Part shown: positions 35,501 to 47,000 of the stretch, piece after piece
Position numbering within the stretch: position 1 is the stretch's first letter
How the letters are laid out: every line of letters starts with the position of its first letter
NCBI GenBank assembly: GCA_000708835.1
Contig: DF237127.1
Coordinates: forward strand, 1-64,000
Source of the DNA: Klebsormidium nitens
Lineage: Eukaryota > Plantae > Klebsormidiophyceae
Reading direction: 5' to 3'
DNA: 64,000 nucleotides
Program-made: the position numbers and the translations under genes
Notes under the pieces: model-generated
The model's database searches: none
What the model was told of the DNA's origin: nothing
The model's input: the letters and a program-made list of their open reading frames with translations, nothing else

Positions 35501-38500
35501 CTTACAGATTGCTCGTGAGAAGCTGGGAGAAGCTTTCAGCACGGGGTCATGCCGGCCGTTGTTCTGGTCACTCTTTCGAAGCGTCTCTTATTTTTGTACC
35601 GCCCATACTCTTCAAACTCTGCAATTCTCGCAACTCCAACATCTCACGACTTCCGCGCTTTGGAGCGGGATCTCACCTTGACCAGCGGAAACTTGCCAAA
35701 GAAGGTGATCCCCTTGAGCAGGTTGTACACGGACTTCCGCTGGATCCAAACGGACAGCGGAATGGATTCGGACGTCTCGCCCTCGATCAGGTGCACGACT
35801 CCGGACGCGGACATGGTGAAGTGCTCGGATCCGGCCATCGACGGCGGAACGACCTGCGGAATGAGCGGAACAGCGTGGCCTCTTGAGTATCTTGAAACGG
35901 GAACACATTTGTGAGCTTCTAATTTGGCACCTATTGGAATTTTCTTCACTCTGCGAGGTCAGAAGCTCCAGACTGCTGATACACAAACGGTATTACTGGC
36001 AAGGAAACCACAGGTTCGACCATTGACACAGACAAACGGAGTGCAACCACAGACTCAATACGGACGTAGACAATGGCGAACGGGTCGACTACGACTTCGA
36101 TATATGGTTTCAGCAAGACACCGTCTGAAGCAGGCATTTCACCGAATCTGATCAGTTCGACGAGTCAGGTTTTACCAAAACGACTTGTGATGTTCTCTTA
36201 AAACAAGTACATTTCAAATCTACCACTGGCAAACACTGGAAACAAACAAGAGCTGCGGGAAGACATTCCTCAGATCGAAGGTATCAAAATCGTACAAACC
36301 TGTAGGTCATACGGATCAAACCCCCCGATCGCCCGTTTTGACGCGTAGTCCAGAAACAGCAGTTGCGGGCCCGCAGAGCTCCCCCCCCGGGACAGAAAAT
36401 ACTTGACCGCATCCTCCCCCGTCCGCACTTCTCGCGGCAAGTTCTTGTATTGCGACGCACCACCCACGGCAGGTTTTCCAATCGTTCGCGGAGAAACGGG
36501 CTCTGGGGGGGAGTGCGAGGTAGGGGACATGGGTACCAATTCTGATTTTGTCCCCTGGCTGTCGATGTCAAGGGGGAAGTCCGGTATGGGCGGGGAAGAT
36601 GCTAATGGGGGGGGCACATTGTAAGGGAGTTTTGGGGGGGGGTGGGGGGAGTTGGGGGGCTGTGTGCTGAGGAGGGTGCCTTCGAGCTCGTGCTTGATAA
36701 CGTGACTGGCGGTGTTGGCAGCGGACTCGTTGATGGAGATCGGGGTCTGCGATCAAACACTCCCGTTGATCGGATCTTTGCACGTTTCCCAAGCCGTGTA
36801 TGAAAATAGATACATGATTTGGCCTATGATGAACGAAGGCGATTAGACGACGCACGACGCAGTTCATGTCTCTCTTCACAAGGATTAGTAGAGTCACGTC
36901 AAAGTTGAAGACCTATGGTGGCGGGGTTCATAAGAAGGTGTCTGCTTGCACACATTGCTTTTGCCCCTCAATGTCGGGTCTTTTGCCAAGCGGTGTCGCG
37001 TCAATCGTTGGTGACACAGACGAAGGGAATCAAAGCGCCAGCCGATCTGCTTGCGCAATCCACTTGGAAAAGTTGTAGAGCCGATCATAACAATTCTTGA
37101 GGGCAAAGCCTGCAAGAACCTGTCACTTTATTTTGCAACCTGCTAATGACTTTGCAAACTTGGGTAGCTTTTCTCAACCCATTGCGAGCCTGAATCTGGG
37201 TCCAATTGACTCACAGTCGCTGTACTTGCCCGCAAAAAACTGTCACAGAATTGCTTAGAGAACTGCTATGCGCCTGGAGTAGTGCTTACCTTGCCACGGG
37301 GAATGGCGCTCAGCATCTCTGGCGCCCACACCGCTTTCCGCTTCCCAGGGGGCAAGCCAAACTCCTCCGCCGTTTCCAGGGGGTCCGTCATGCCCCGCTC
37401 AATGTCCATTGTTACCCCCCCATCTTGATCTTGCCCGAATTCAGAAAGAGGCCCCGAGTTGCCCTGACTCAGCTGCGCCGCGCCCACCGCAAAGTACTCA
37501 TTCTCGTTCCTCCAGCTCGCTTCCATCGAGCTCAGCATCCCCCCTGTTTCCTCTGTCACCTGCCCCCCCCACTTGGATTCCATCGAAACCCCCATTGTCT
37601 CCGCCATTTGACCCCCCATTTGTAACTCCCCCCCGGCCCTGATCTTCTCCGTAGCTTGACTTCCTGGACTGTAATCCAACGACCCCCGGACTTTTGCCAT
37701 TGAGCGAGGGCTCAGATTTAACAGCGACGAGCTCACAGAGTGCGTCAGTACGATGTCATCGTCGCTGCGTGATGTCACCACCCCCCCGGAAGAAAGCGGC
37801 CGCCGCTCCCGCCACTCCTGGAGGGGCAGCTTTGTCAGCTGGCCTGGGGTGGCAACTAGGTGCGGGGAGGAAAGCCAGTCCCCCTCCTTTTCCACATTCT
37901 CCCTCACATTTAGCGGTTTCAGAAAGACCACCCCCCTACTGTTTGGCCGCATGTTCTCCTCCCTCCCTACGACGGCGTCCACCAGCTTTCTACCGCTGAC
38001 CTCAGCTTTTCTGAGGTCAGCAGCTCTGCTGACGTCAGCTCTGGCGACGGACACCAGCGGCGGCGTCCGCGTGCTCCGTACGGCGCCATAGCGTCCGACG
38101 TCCTCCCTGGAGCTCTCGGGCGAGACCTCGGGAAGGCGGAGCTCTCTCTGTCGCTCGTGATCGCTCTTGCTTCTGTTGCGGGAATTCCGCGCACTCCGCT
38201 CCCTGATTGCATTCTGTCCCAAGAGGCCTTCCCAGCCGACCAGTTCTGGAAGGGTTCTGTCTTCGTGAAGGCGTGTGGTGCGCGTGATTACTTTGGGGAG
38301 GTGAAAGGGCTCCCTCCCTTTCGGGGGTGACCCGTCGTGGGCCATCAGAGCTGGCTTCCCCTACAAGGAGCTCTTGCATTCAGCTCTGCACACATGTTCA
38401 AGGTATTACTAGCTTGTGTTGCTAAGATCTTCCTCAAAACATTAATCATCAAAGAGTGAGGAAGGTAAGGCTATTAAGTAATTAGCGGTCCCAGGGAATC

Positions 38501-38792
38501 TGATTGACTGAGGGCATCAGCTGTCTGGGCTTGCCTGAGCTCCTTGGCTCTCCAAAATTCGCGACCTTCCTCGCATTCTCGTCATGCAGGCTTGCATTAG
38601 CTTCTGAATCTTATCGCTGGTGACTAGGGCGAAGATTAGGGTTTGGGTCCACCTCACCGTCTGCGCGCGCGAAACGCGCAATCCGATGGCGTCGGTTCTG
38701 AATATCGCCGAGGCCTGCTGGTAACGGCGTTTGAACGGAGCCAAACCCTCAATAATAGCGCTAGCTAGAGTACCGGTATTAGCAGGCTCCAT
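5536..38792 (-). CDS. Divergent (axonemal-type) dynein heavy chain-like protein, ~4,570-4,620 aa, degenerate AAA1
   Basis: Exons (minus strand): [38658-38792 optional in-frame first exon], 37290-38345/38360, 36300-36746, 35677-35853, 35154-35300, 34139-34281, 32894-33167, 31767-32408, 30483-30647, 30128-30235, 29205-29306, 28373-28549, 27337-27519, 26307-26722, 25678-25810, 25058-25288, 24439-24639, 23270-23460, 19843-20143, 19108-19470, 18338-18597, 17851-17974, 16588-17148, 12499-16001, 12008-12101, 11035-11336, 10052-10301, 8226-9323, 5536-7590. From ATG 38345 they sum to 13,704 nt (divisible by 3). Dynein motifs in correct order: PYDLQVV/HFTMSASGV (N-term), LRPRH and LDTLRTGFPRLYFLS (linker), YGFEYLG (AAA1), GDVLSGKT (AAA2), GPPSSRKS/VMIDD (AAA3), GPPCCGKR (AAA4), ELKSFSTPPPLVKTVMEAVCLL...W and HPSFTPAAVEQVSKACCSLCMWV (stalk/MTBD), LPGDAILAA, CLGQNHG...GGWV...HPTCRLWV (AAA6). 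Confidence 0.9.
9700..10700 (-). repeat. Exon-echo copies flanking dynein exon 10052-10301 (both ends)
   Basis: Donor-end copies at ~9865-9945 (GGGCGGCTGAAGCGCTCGTATGTCGAG|GTGCGC) and ~9710-9795; acceptor-end copies at ~10410-10485 (YVYHQSFTHAAVEQQLKAC versus YVHHPSFTPAAVEQVSKAC) and ~10600-10700. Confidence 0.85.
18631..18752. repeat. 61-bp tandem duplication in a dynein intron
   Basis: ATGCACGGTCAAGATGGTTTCGGTGATGTAGAATTCCTTTTCGCTTCAGTATCTGCTAC at 18631, repeated with a few changes at 18692. Confidence 0.9.
20069..20800 (-). repeat. Four degenerate tandem echoes of the acceptor end of dynein exon 19843-20143
   Basis: Anchor GT(G/A)AAG(C/T) at 20069 (exon), 20228, 20388, 20557, 20714, followed by similar AAGTGG/GCTGCCGCCAG/GTCAAAA blocks. 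Confidence 0.85.
22545..23340 (-). repeat. Five degenerate tandem echoes of the donor end of dynein exon 23270-23460
   Basis: GCGGGAAGC(C/T)CGTCC(G/A)CAGCGTGTCCAA block at 23286 (exon), 23150, 23007, 22851 and more decayed at ~22705 and ~22574; donor anchor GACGC(T/C)(C/T)AC at 23261, 23125, 22982, 22826, 22691, 22549. Confidence 0.9.
24700..25480 (-). repeat. Echoes of both ends of dynein exon 25058-25288
   Basis: GAAGGCCGAGCAGGGCGGT(T/C)ACGGACACCTG at 25261 and 25414; CCCCCCAGAAC/GGCCACT blocks at 25095, 24906 and ~24710. Confidence 0.8.
27815..28440 (-). repeat. Three echoes of the donor end of dynein exon 28373-28549
   Basis: GCGTCCACGTCAGCCTTGAGC at 28404 (exon), 28176, 28016, 27837. 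Confidence 0.92.
29240..29640 (-). repeat. Two echoes of the acceptor end of dynein exon 29205-29306
   Basis: AGCCCATGCAGAGTCG...CAGCTTGGCCTTCAC at ~29245-29290 (exon), ~29403-29450 and ~29543-29590; each is preceded on the minus strand by a CAG acceptor. Confidence 0.92.
29783..30088. mobile_element. MITE, Tc1/mariner-like (TA target duplication, ~70-bp TIRs), in a dynein intron
   Basis: Left end TA|CAGCGCATTTCAGGCATGCTGCACGTTTCAGGTACCTATTTAGGTCTAACTTAGAACTTAGATAGGACC; the right end is its near-perfect reverse complement, ending GCCTGAAATGCGCTG|TA. Internal inverted pair TTACCAATCAACT/AGTTGATTGGTAA; 306 bp, no ORF. Confidence 0.85.
31230..31830 (-). repeat. Three decayed echoes of the donor end of dynein exon 31767-32408
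   Basis: GGAT(A/G)C...TT(T/C)CC(C/T)ATCA/G...GGTTGCA blocks anchored at 31771 (exon), 31608, 31433, 31263. Confidence 0.75.
33100..33640 (-). repeat. Three echoes of the acceptor end of dynein exon 32894-33167
   Basis: GGCCTT(G/A)CA(A/G)CAGC anchor at 33155 (exon), 33299, 33459, 33613, with preceding GCGTTCGCGGC blocks. Confidence 0.88.
33970..34605 (-). repeat. Echoes of both ends of dynein exon 34139-34281
   Basis: GAAGCTGTCTGCCCAC at 34123 and 33994; CGGGCCGAA...ATAGCGA at 34246 (exon), 34428, 34569. Confidence 0.85.
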
Positions 38793-39059
38793 CAGCTTTC
38801 AGTGGCTCATCCGAACGGCAGTGATAACGGCTGTCTGAAAGGGCGGAGGCGGCGACCCCAATGCCAAAAGTGCCATCACTAGTCCGATCACGGCATTTTG
38901 GAAGGCAGATCTGCGCAGCTGGTTGTGCGCACTGGCGCCCCGTCAAAGCAGCATTTGTGCAGCCAATTCCATCCTAGGAGCTTCCAGGCTCTTGCTAGAG
39001 TAGACGTATTCTGAAAGAGATTCGTTTCCTGAAGGGAGGCAGTGATTTTCAGCTTAACA
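38346..39059. promoter_or_regulatory. Compact head-to-head intergenic region between the dynein-like gene and MTN; telo-box at ~38635-38644
   Basis: Divergent ATGs at 38345 (or 38792) and 39060; GATTAGGGTTTG directly follows the candidate first donor of the dynein gene. Confidence 0.45.
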
Positions 39060-42000
39060 ATGTCGCCTAACTCAGAATCGTCTGTGGAGGACAAGGGGAT
39101 AGTCGAGGATCGCTCCCAGCATCGTGCAATCAAGACAGTGGCAGTTCTCTTTGGTAAGTTCAAAGTCTTCCTCATCAGATCTGAAGTATTTTGCCTTTAT
39201 GACTGGCAAATCTTGAAAAAGCGAGGCTGGGTTCGACTCTCTCACTAGGCAGCAAGTTCCTAGCAGCAATTGACAACAGCTGGAAGTCCTGGAACCAAGC
39301 TGATCTCAGGATCTGGAGAATTTTTCAAGAGAACACTCCCACAGATACTGGCTATCGTGAAACTCTGGAAACCCTGGAAATCTGCATAACCTTATGATGG
39401 CATTGAGTTAGTGTAATCTGCAACAGAGCAGATGCCACCATGAATCATGTTGTTAGGCCTGGCCGATGGGTTCACTTCTGGTAAACACTTTAGGTAAATA
39501 CCTTAATGATCTCGAGGCCTCAGTTCTTTGTGCCCTGGAGAATTATCTTGATTGGTTGCTTCATGCCATGTCTGACGTTCACTGTGCTCAAGTCCAATAG
39601 AAGTGCGCTGGAGGGAAAATTGGGCGCGGCTTGATGAGACGTGGAATACAAAGAAAGCTTCAGCGAGCGGGAGCTTACTCTTCATCTTTCCCTGGTTGCA
39701 GCGATGCAGGCCGAGTCGACGCCCCTCATCGAACACTTGAAGCTGACTGTGAACTCAGACCACTTGTGAGTTTTCTGTAACTCGTGAAAGGAAGTTGTCT
39801 GTTGTCTTTGCACGCTCTCAGAAATGTTTCACATTCCTGTATAAGTATAGACAACGAATTTGCACGTTTTCAAAAATTTCACGAGTCCTGTATAGGTATA
39901 GAGATGAGAAATTACTTCCTGTTGTGCTGTTTTAGGACAAGCTTATGCTGACCTGTGCTCAAGCTGGCTGTTACACCACCAACTAGAGAGCTGGACGATT
40001 TGTAGCTTGGGGCAGCTCTAAACATCAGAAGGCCCAGTTCAAGCCGAACTCTGGGATAGCCTTTGGTTTCAACATGTCAACAAGAAGCTGAAAGGCATTG
40101 TTTCGCTTTCCTAACACGACCACGATTGGGCAGATCCTGATGGTTACTAACTTCATAGTATCGTTCTTGACCAGGTTTCCAAAGGGATCCCCCTGGATTG
40201 TGTACTCCGGGGGCCATGGCGACGTGCACTTCCACGTAATCGTACCGGGAAAGGACGGCGAGACAGGTGTCGATAACGTGGGCACTGTCCCTGCCGCCGT
40301 CGCGACATACGCGGCGATCGACAAGTTGAAGCCGGACCTTCTTATAAATGCGGGGACATCTGGAGGGTTCAAAGTGAGCGCTGTTTAAATGAGGGTAGTG
40401 ACAAGTGGCTAAATGTGAGAACAACGTGTTTGTGGAACAGTCGTTGAGGGGGTTCGATGGGTGGATGTACTTGGGTGGTTCTTACCCGTTCTTTCGGCCC
40501 AAGCATAGCGAGTCACAACTGCAGGCTTTGAGGCGTATGCTAGTCTGCAGACTCCAGCTGATGAGCTGCACGTGCCAGACGGTTATAACCCAAAAAAAAA
40601 AGTCACAACTGCAGACTGTCAAACATGAAGAGTTGCCAATGCTTCCGTTTCGTTGTGTACTTAATCTCCAGTGCAATCGATTGTTGCTGGTGACAGTTTT
40701 CCAAGCTCAAGGGGACCCTGCGCATGAGGGCGGGTCACGGGACACTGTCGATAAAGTGCAAATTCTTCGCAAACGGAAAGTGTTTCCAGGAGGGAAATAA
40801 CGGGTGCAAGTCGTGGACAGCATCTTGGATAGTGAAAGACCGCTGGAAATGTCAGCTGCTTATGGTCGCTTTTCGTTCCTTCAGGCGAAGGGCGCGGCGA
40901 TCGGGGACGTGTACTTTATTTCCACCTTTGTCAACCACGATCGGAGGATACCTCTACCGGTAAGCTTTTCGCGAATATCAACTCAGCTTCCAATTCAAAA
41001 GGAACGCCTGAGACCCATCGGTTATTGGTTGAGGTTCATGACCTCTGTTTTCCAAAGTGTTTCCTGTGCAGTTAAAAAGAATTTGTTCGGACATGTTGAA
41101 TCAGTCGCTGAACTTCTTCTGGTAGTGATTGCATGTGCTAGCCGCGAGCCAGGCCACGTGTCTATCTGCGAATCAATCGCTTTCTCTCCAAAAGACGTCA
41201 ACGACTGCCAACGACAAGCAGTAATTGCATGTGCACATCACGTGCCCGTTTGAGATGGCGGATTTTAACGGCAGACGTCGTCCGGGTATGATTCGCAGGG
41301 CTTCGAAAAGTACGGGATAGGAGCAAAGCAGGCAACGCAGGCGCCGAATTTGGTCAAGGCATTGGGACTTAAGGTATGGCTGGACCACTCGGAAAAGATG
41401 GAGGACCACCGGTGTCATTGTTCGTCTTCTTCTCTCCTCTCGAGCGTGGCAGCTCTAAGCACAGTGAGGGGAATAGCTCAAGGGCTTACGACTGGTAGTG
41501 CCTGTGCTTCAGACGCTGTGACTTATGTGCACGGAAGCGGCCTTCGTTGCCCCTCCGGATCTGGTTGCTCGAGTCGAAGTCTGATTGGTATCTCAAGCGT
41601 AAAATGGTGGGTCTGTAGGTTTCGGTTGACGCAATGACGGTTTAGAGACTGGAGTACTTCGAAGGAGGACACACGACACGGTGGCTATCCTTCCTGCGTC
41701 GTTGTTCCAACTTTGTTACGACAAGATGTGTCAGAATGCGCTTTTTGTGAGGAGCTCGTGCTTGCCAACTTCCTCTCGATAAACGCAATACGGATTGTAC
41801 AAACGTTTGTACAAGCCCGATGTTCGCGTTCCGCACACTTGCCAAAATAGACCATTAGTTGGTCAAGTCAATGGGGAGTACTTGGGATTCACAACTTAAA
41901 AATCAGAAGCCAAGCAGATACTGATTGCTGTAATGTAGCACCGAGCGCTGATTACGAGACAATAGAACCTGACCTGCTCGTGATAATTTTGTGAGTGCAG

Positions 42001-42773
42001 GAGGGCATTCTTTCCACCGCCAACTCGTTCGACCTTTCGGAAAAGGACCGGGAATGGATTACCAAGAACGACGCGACGGTAAAGGACATGGAGGTGGGTC
42101 ATCTTGCATCGTCATCTCACGCCTAGTTGTCTTCCACCTTGGAAACATCGGTCATTGTCGTGTTGTTCTTCTCAAGTGCCAAATTGCGCGTACCTTCTTC
42201 GCCTTTAAGATCCGTCTGCCGACGGTGACTGCAGCCGGGCCAGTTGCAGCTTGTTGTGAACACGACACATGATTACGTTAAGTAGGACGGAGACAGATGC
42301 TTCGACAAGATTTTCAAGCAGAGACGAGTTTGATGCTTCATCTAGCGCTTGGGTAGCCTCCTTCTCAAGGCTTGGCTACAGATTCGAAAAGCGTCTGCCT
42401 TAAGTATACTCAGATGGTCTTCCGTGCTGGTTTATGGTTTATGGTTTATGGTTTATGGTTTATGCTCTCAACGAGGAACTTGAGAGCTCGATGACTTTCA
42501 CCACTTCAAAGGGAAACAAGCAAAAACTCAGAAAACATTAAAGATCAACTTCTGACCCGAGATTGCTTCTCGCAGGGGTCTGGTTTCGCCTGGGTCGCCG
42601 CCACGCTGGGCGTTCCGTTCCTTGGGATCAAAGCGATCACGGATCTGGTAGACGGGGGGAGGCCGACGCAGGAGGAGTTCTTGGAAAACCTCCACACGGC
42701 GGCGGCCGCGCTTAAAAGGGTTGTGCCTGAAGTCGTCAGTTTTGCATCAGGGAAGAGACTGAACGAGTTGTGA
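39060..42773 (+). CDS. MTN: 5'-methylthioadenosine/S-adenosylhomocysteine nucleosidase (plant type), 7 exons
   Basis: Exons 39060-39153, 39702-39765, 40175-40373, 40885-40959, 41299-41373, 42001-42093, 42576-42773, all GT-AG and in phase. Motifs AMQAE, GVDNVGTVPA, KPDLLINAGTSGGFKAKGAAIGDV, HDRRIP, VKDME, KAITDLVDG, EEFLENL match plant MTN1/MTN2. Confidence 0.95.
42429..42463. repeat. (GGTTTAT)5 heptamer microsatellite in MTN intron 6
   Basis: GGTTTATGGTTTATGGTTTATGGTTTATGGTTTAT read directly. Confidence 0.9.
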
Positions 42774-44074
42774 TTGACCTGGGTTCGTATTCTTGTTTTG
42801 GTCATTATACACACTTGACTTCATTATAGACGCTTGACTTTTAACAGATCGGTGCGGTGAAGTCACATTGTTATTAACAAACTCATGCTTGGCAGTGGGT
42901 TTGCTGAGATACCTGTTGTCAGTCAATTGCGTTGTTTAGAGTACCCATTATTCCAAGTTGCGGGGCGACCTGGTCTTTAATTGAAAAATAGAACGGCCTC
43001 ATCTATGATGAGCGGGTACGTGGTCTTAATTTCTCTGCATGAAAACACGTCCCTAGGTTGAATCTGTAATATTGTGTACCGGCTCGCGCATCGAGCTTTA
43101 TCTGCTCGATCGTTTGTCATTTTAAGCATGTGAACGGCTGTTCGAAAGGATAAGACATGCTCCGACAAAACATCCAGTGGTGTACACACCTCGGACATAC
43201 AATTCAATCATATGACGTATACTCGCCATGCCAATCAGATCGACATATGCATCATACATGAGCCACTGTCGCTATTTGCAGCCATGGCTTTCTCCTCATT
43301 GACCGCCCTAAATCTGGCATGCGCCGCGAAAGGAAAACGCTCGTTAACGACATTCGTACACAAGTCGGATTGATGCGCTAGGTGGCAAGTATAAATTCTT
43401 AATTATAGGAACATGCATGCCTAGGGGGCTAGATCTGAATGAATACATAGCACATGACGTATACATACTACATGATCTTTAGATGTATTCATATAGCAGG
43501 TACCGTCATGCATGATTAAGGCCTCGATCCGGCGCGTAATAACACGTGACCGCAACGGGCGGCATGCAATGCCAGTAGATCGCGGAACATGTGAGTGAAT
43601 GAAGGGCCCGTAGCTTTGCCGTCCCTCAAACCTTTCCGAGATGTGTCCTCAGTGCCAATTCCACCGTGGCCGAAGTGGTCCAGTTGCGTAATAGGCCAAG
43701 CAGCGGCTGCTATCACGAGCTGCTCCAATGCCACAAGGGCTTGCAGAAACGAAACAGTCACTGAAGGTCTTTCGATTTCATAAGCCCACGTGGATCCGAT
43801 TGAAGCTAGAGAAACCTCAGGGTCAAAACCAACGGTCCACAGTTTCGTTCGCAATGACCGACATTAGTTGTGAGAGCGCATATGGTACAAGGAATGAGTC
43901 AACATCCTGGTCAGAGCGTGCTGGTGCACGCAGATGATCCTCTCAGCTTGCATTCGCTAAAGCGCGGCTTGAAAATGGACTTTGCTCGCCCAACTTGAAC
44001 GGATGGCCTATGCAAGCTGCCCTACCTAGGTTGCACCTAGTGCACGCAATTTTTTCATCTTTTGAGGACGAACA

Positions 44075-47000
44075 CTACCCCGGCTTGACGAGTCTGCCCC
44101 AACTTTCTTCGTGCCCACCACTCTTTCCCCCCACTCCTCCATCAGACTCTTCTCCGCCCCTCCTCCGCCACGCGCTGCTCCCTTTCCGCCCCAACATCTT
44201 ATCAAGGAACTGGGTCTTCGGTTTCGTCAGCTGCTTCTCTATGGCAGCTCGCAGAGCAGCCACCCCGGGGACCCGTTTCTCATCCCCGGGCGATGCTTCC
44301 GTCATGGACCGTCTCGCCACGTGCTTCACCAGCGCCGGTAACGGCTCGTCGAGCGCCACGCCTGCCGCCGCGATGGTGCGTTGCAAGATCCCGGATGACT
44401 GGATGCCCCGGATGATAACCTGCGCGCATAGCGTAGTCATTTTGCTGACGGGTATGCAAGTAGCTGCGATGTCGGATGCTGAACTTGCCTGGGTTAATGA
44501 CCTAGCTGCATACAATATAGGCTATCAGAATTAGGCTGTCAGCTTTTTGGAGCGGCTGCCATGATCTGCTGAGAAACTCCGGTCGCTCGGAGGCCTCTGA
44601 TGAACCCCGCAAAATCAAAGCCGTTTTCTGACCTTCGCCAATAGCGTTTGGCGTCACTCAAATTCCCCAAATATCAGCAGGCAGATGTAGGTGCGAGTTG
44701 CTCTTCCCTCCGCTTTTGCAAGCCAAAGAGGGACCGCGGTTCAAATGCAAGCGGCTGAACACGCCAGATACTAGCCAGACATAAGCCTTCGGTTTCCCAA
44801 GGTTGCAGTCCAATCATGGCAGCCCCAAAAAAGCGGAAGGACTGGCGAAGCGGACCCAATTGACACGCTCTCGCCCATCAGCCCATCTGAAAGTGGTCGG
44901 GCCAAATCTTGATGGGTATTACAGCTTCGGTCCAGCATATCGGCCAGTCCACGTGGCTGCAGGAGCGCCCGCGTAACATGCGAAGCTTGCAGCTTGTCTC
45001 CTGCTCTTACTTGAGACGCGACAGCGAGAACGACCCACTTGTGCAGCTACGGACTGATTTTCCAGATCATAACCTTCTTGGGTTGGGCGGCCCGGAAGGC
45101 GCACAAGCCTTACAGAAACTCACCTGAGTTGCCCCCGTGACGGAAGACACAAACGACGCCTCAAGACTTACACTTCTGACTCTGAACTCAAGTGGACGTG
45201 ATAAAGCATCAGTCACTCTATACCGCCACAGGAATCGAAGTCGTGAACATTAAATGGGATCCTTCAAATCCGAACAAACTGACGCAATTTTTGACCAGAG
45301 ATTGTAACGTCGCCCAATCAGCGGCAAGGACCAAAGGCTGTGTCAAGAGAAACAACGTAAGTCAAGACTTCCTAGATTGACACAGACTTACCTGGGGTGT
45401 GTAGAGCCGTCCAAAAAGCCCTTTCGACACCAGGCTGTCAATCTCCTCCCTACTCCAAACCACGTGGTCCTTGTAGAACTGCAAAATGTCCTCCTCGCTC
45501 GCGGTGGACGCCACGATGAAGGCCTGCGGGGGAGGATACACGTCAGCAAACGTCAGCACACGTCAGCTGACTTCCATGAAGGTGACTTCGAACTGAATGA
45601 TTAACAGGGTGACTTATGCAAAAGAGTGGGGCAACGTAACACTGCAAACGTCCTTCTCGCTCGCGGTCACCGCTTTCACAGATGGATTGATGCCAAAAAG
45701 AATCCACTTCCGAAACAAAAAAGCAAGATATCAACCAAGACACAGATTCGGGCAATTCCCCAGGAAAATCCAGGAAATCGCCCGTCAGCACCTCCCAACA
45801 CCCTTCAAGAATTAAAAGGATCAGCAAGCGCGTAACAAAAATCTTCCTCACAGAGAAGGAGCGGTAAAACGAAAATGCTGGCAATGTTGCACCGAAACCG
45901 TTCACTGACCGAGAGCGATACTTTTCAGCCCGTCAACATCCTGCATCTAGCATTTCTTGACGTCCTCTCAAGACGAACGATGGCAACGCAGACGCTGGCA
46001 CAATCTAAGTTAAACCCTGAACTGAGAGCGGTCCTTACAGCCGGTCGAAGTTCAGCATTAAGCGATTCTTGACGCCCTCCTTTGTCAAATCTAGAAAGAA
46101 AAGTGGCAACACAAATGCCGGCACAATCGGTCGGCGCAATCTGCCACCATCGCTGTGAGACCGGTCCTTACCAGTCGGTCGAAGTCCAGCATGAAGCACT
46201 TCTTGACGTCCTCCTCGGTCGGTTTGCAGCCGCACCGGTTCTTGCGCGTCTTGAGGTCCGAAAACTTGGCGTACGTGTAGTGCAGAACCGGGGCCGTCTC
46301 GTGCGTGATCTCCCTGCACCAAGGAGCACTTGATCGGATCCAGATGGCCGTGAGATCCTTACTGTTAGTACTCAAAGCTTCGAAATGTAGACGCCACTCA
46401 GAAAGAAGCTTGAAAGGATGCACGAAGGAAGCTCAAGAGATCGTGATCGAGTGATGAGGGCTCTGAAAGCTCAGCATCGAGGTCTTTTCTTCTTCCAGTA
46501 TTTGTTGGAGCGGTAACTCGTCTCTTTCGAATCGAACTTGTGTTGAACCGAAACGTTAGAGAGCTGGTCGCGAAGCAGCGTTCTCCGTTTTGCTTGACAT
46601 CCGCATCCCTAACCGCTTCACTTCTTTAGCCGTTGCGCTTAAAAAATGGGCTCTTTGGAAGTCTGCGATTTAGCTTCTTCCGAGCAACCTGCTAGGTTTA
46701 GTGAATTATTAGTGTAACTTATCGGTCTGTTGCTGAGTGAAATTAGTCTGATTTAGATGACAATAAAACTAGCAGGTTGGTCGGGAGAAGCTGTAAAAGT
46801 GCCAAGGAAAGCTACTACAAGCCAAGCCCTCAAGTAACGACCACTCACACCGGAACCTTGTCGTAGTTGTGCCACCGGTGCGCCCCATTCGGCCTTAACC
46901 CGGGGATAACCCGCGCCGCCGACTTGCCGTTCCCGTAGGTTAGGAAGTAGTTAGGGTTGCCCCGGGTGGCCTCCTGGTAGTGCTGGTAGTATAGCGCGTC

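Noticed and set aside
37995-38021. 11-bp perfect stem GCTGACCTCAG/CTGAGGTCAGC in the large 5' dynein exon
   Set aside because: A single stem of this length in GC-rich coding DNA is compatible with chance.
39060-42773. Possible bacterial horizontal origin of the MTA/SAH nucleosidase
   Set aside because: Six spliceosomal introns and plant-type motifs (GVDNVGTVPA, HDRRIP, TDLVDG) indicate an ordinary vertically inherited plant MTN.
43516-43854. 112-aa minus-strand ORF between the MTN and KOB1 3' ends
   Set aside because: No recognisable motif and a non-ATG start; KOB1 already terminates at 44075. Probably 3' UTR or intergenic.
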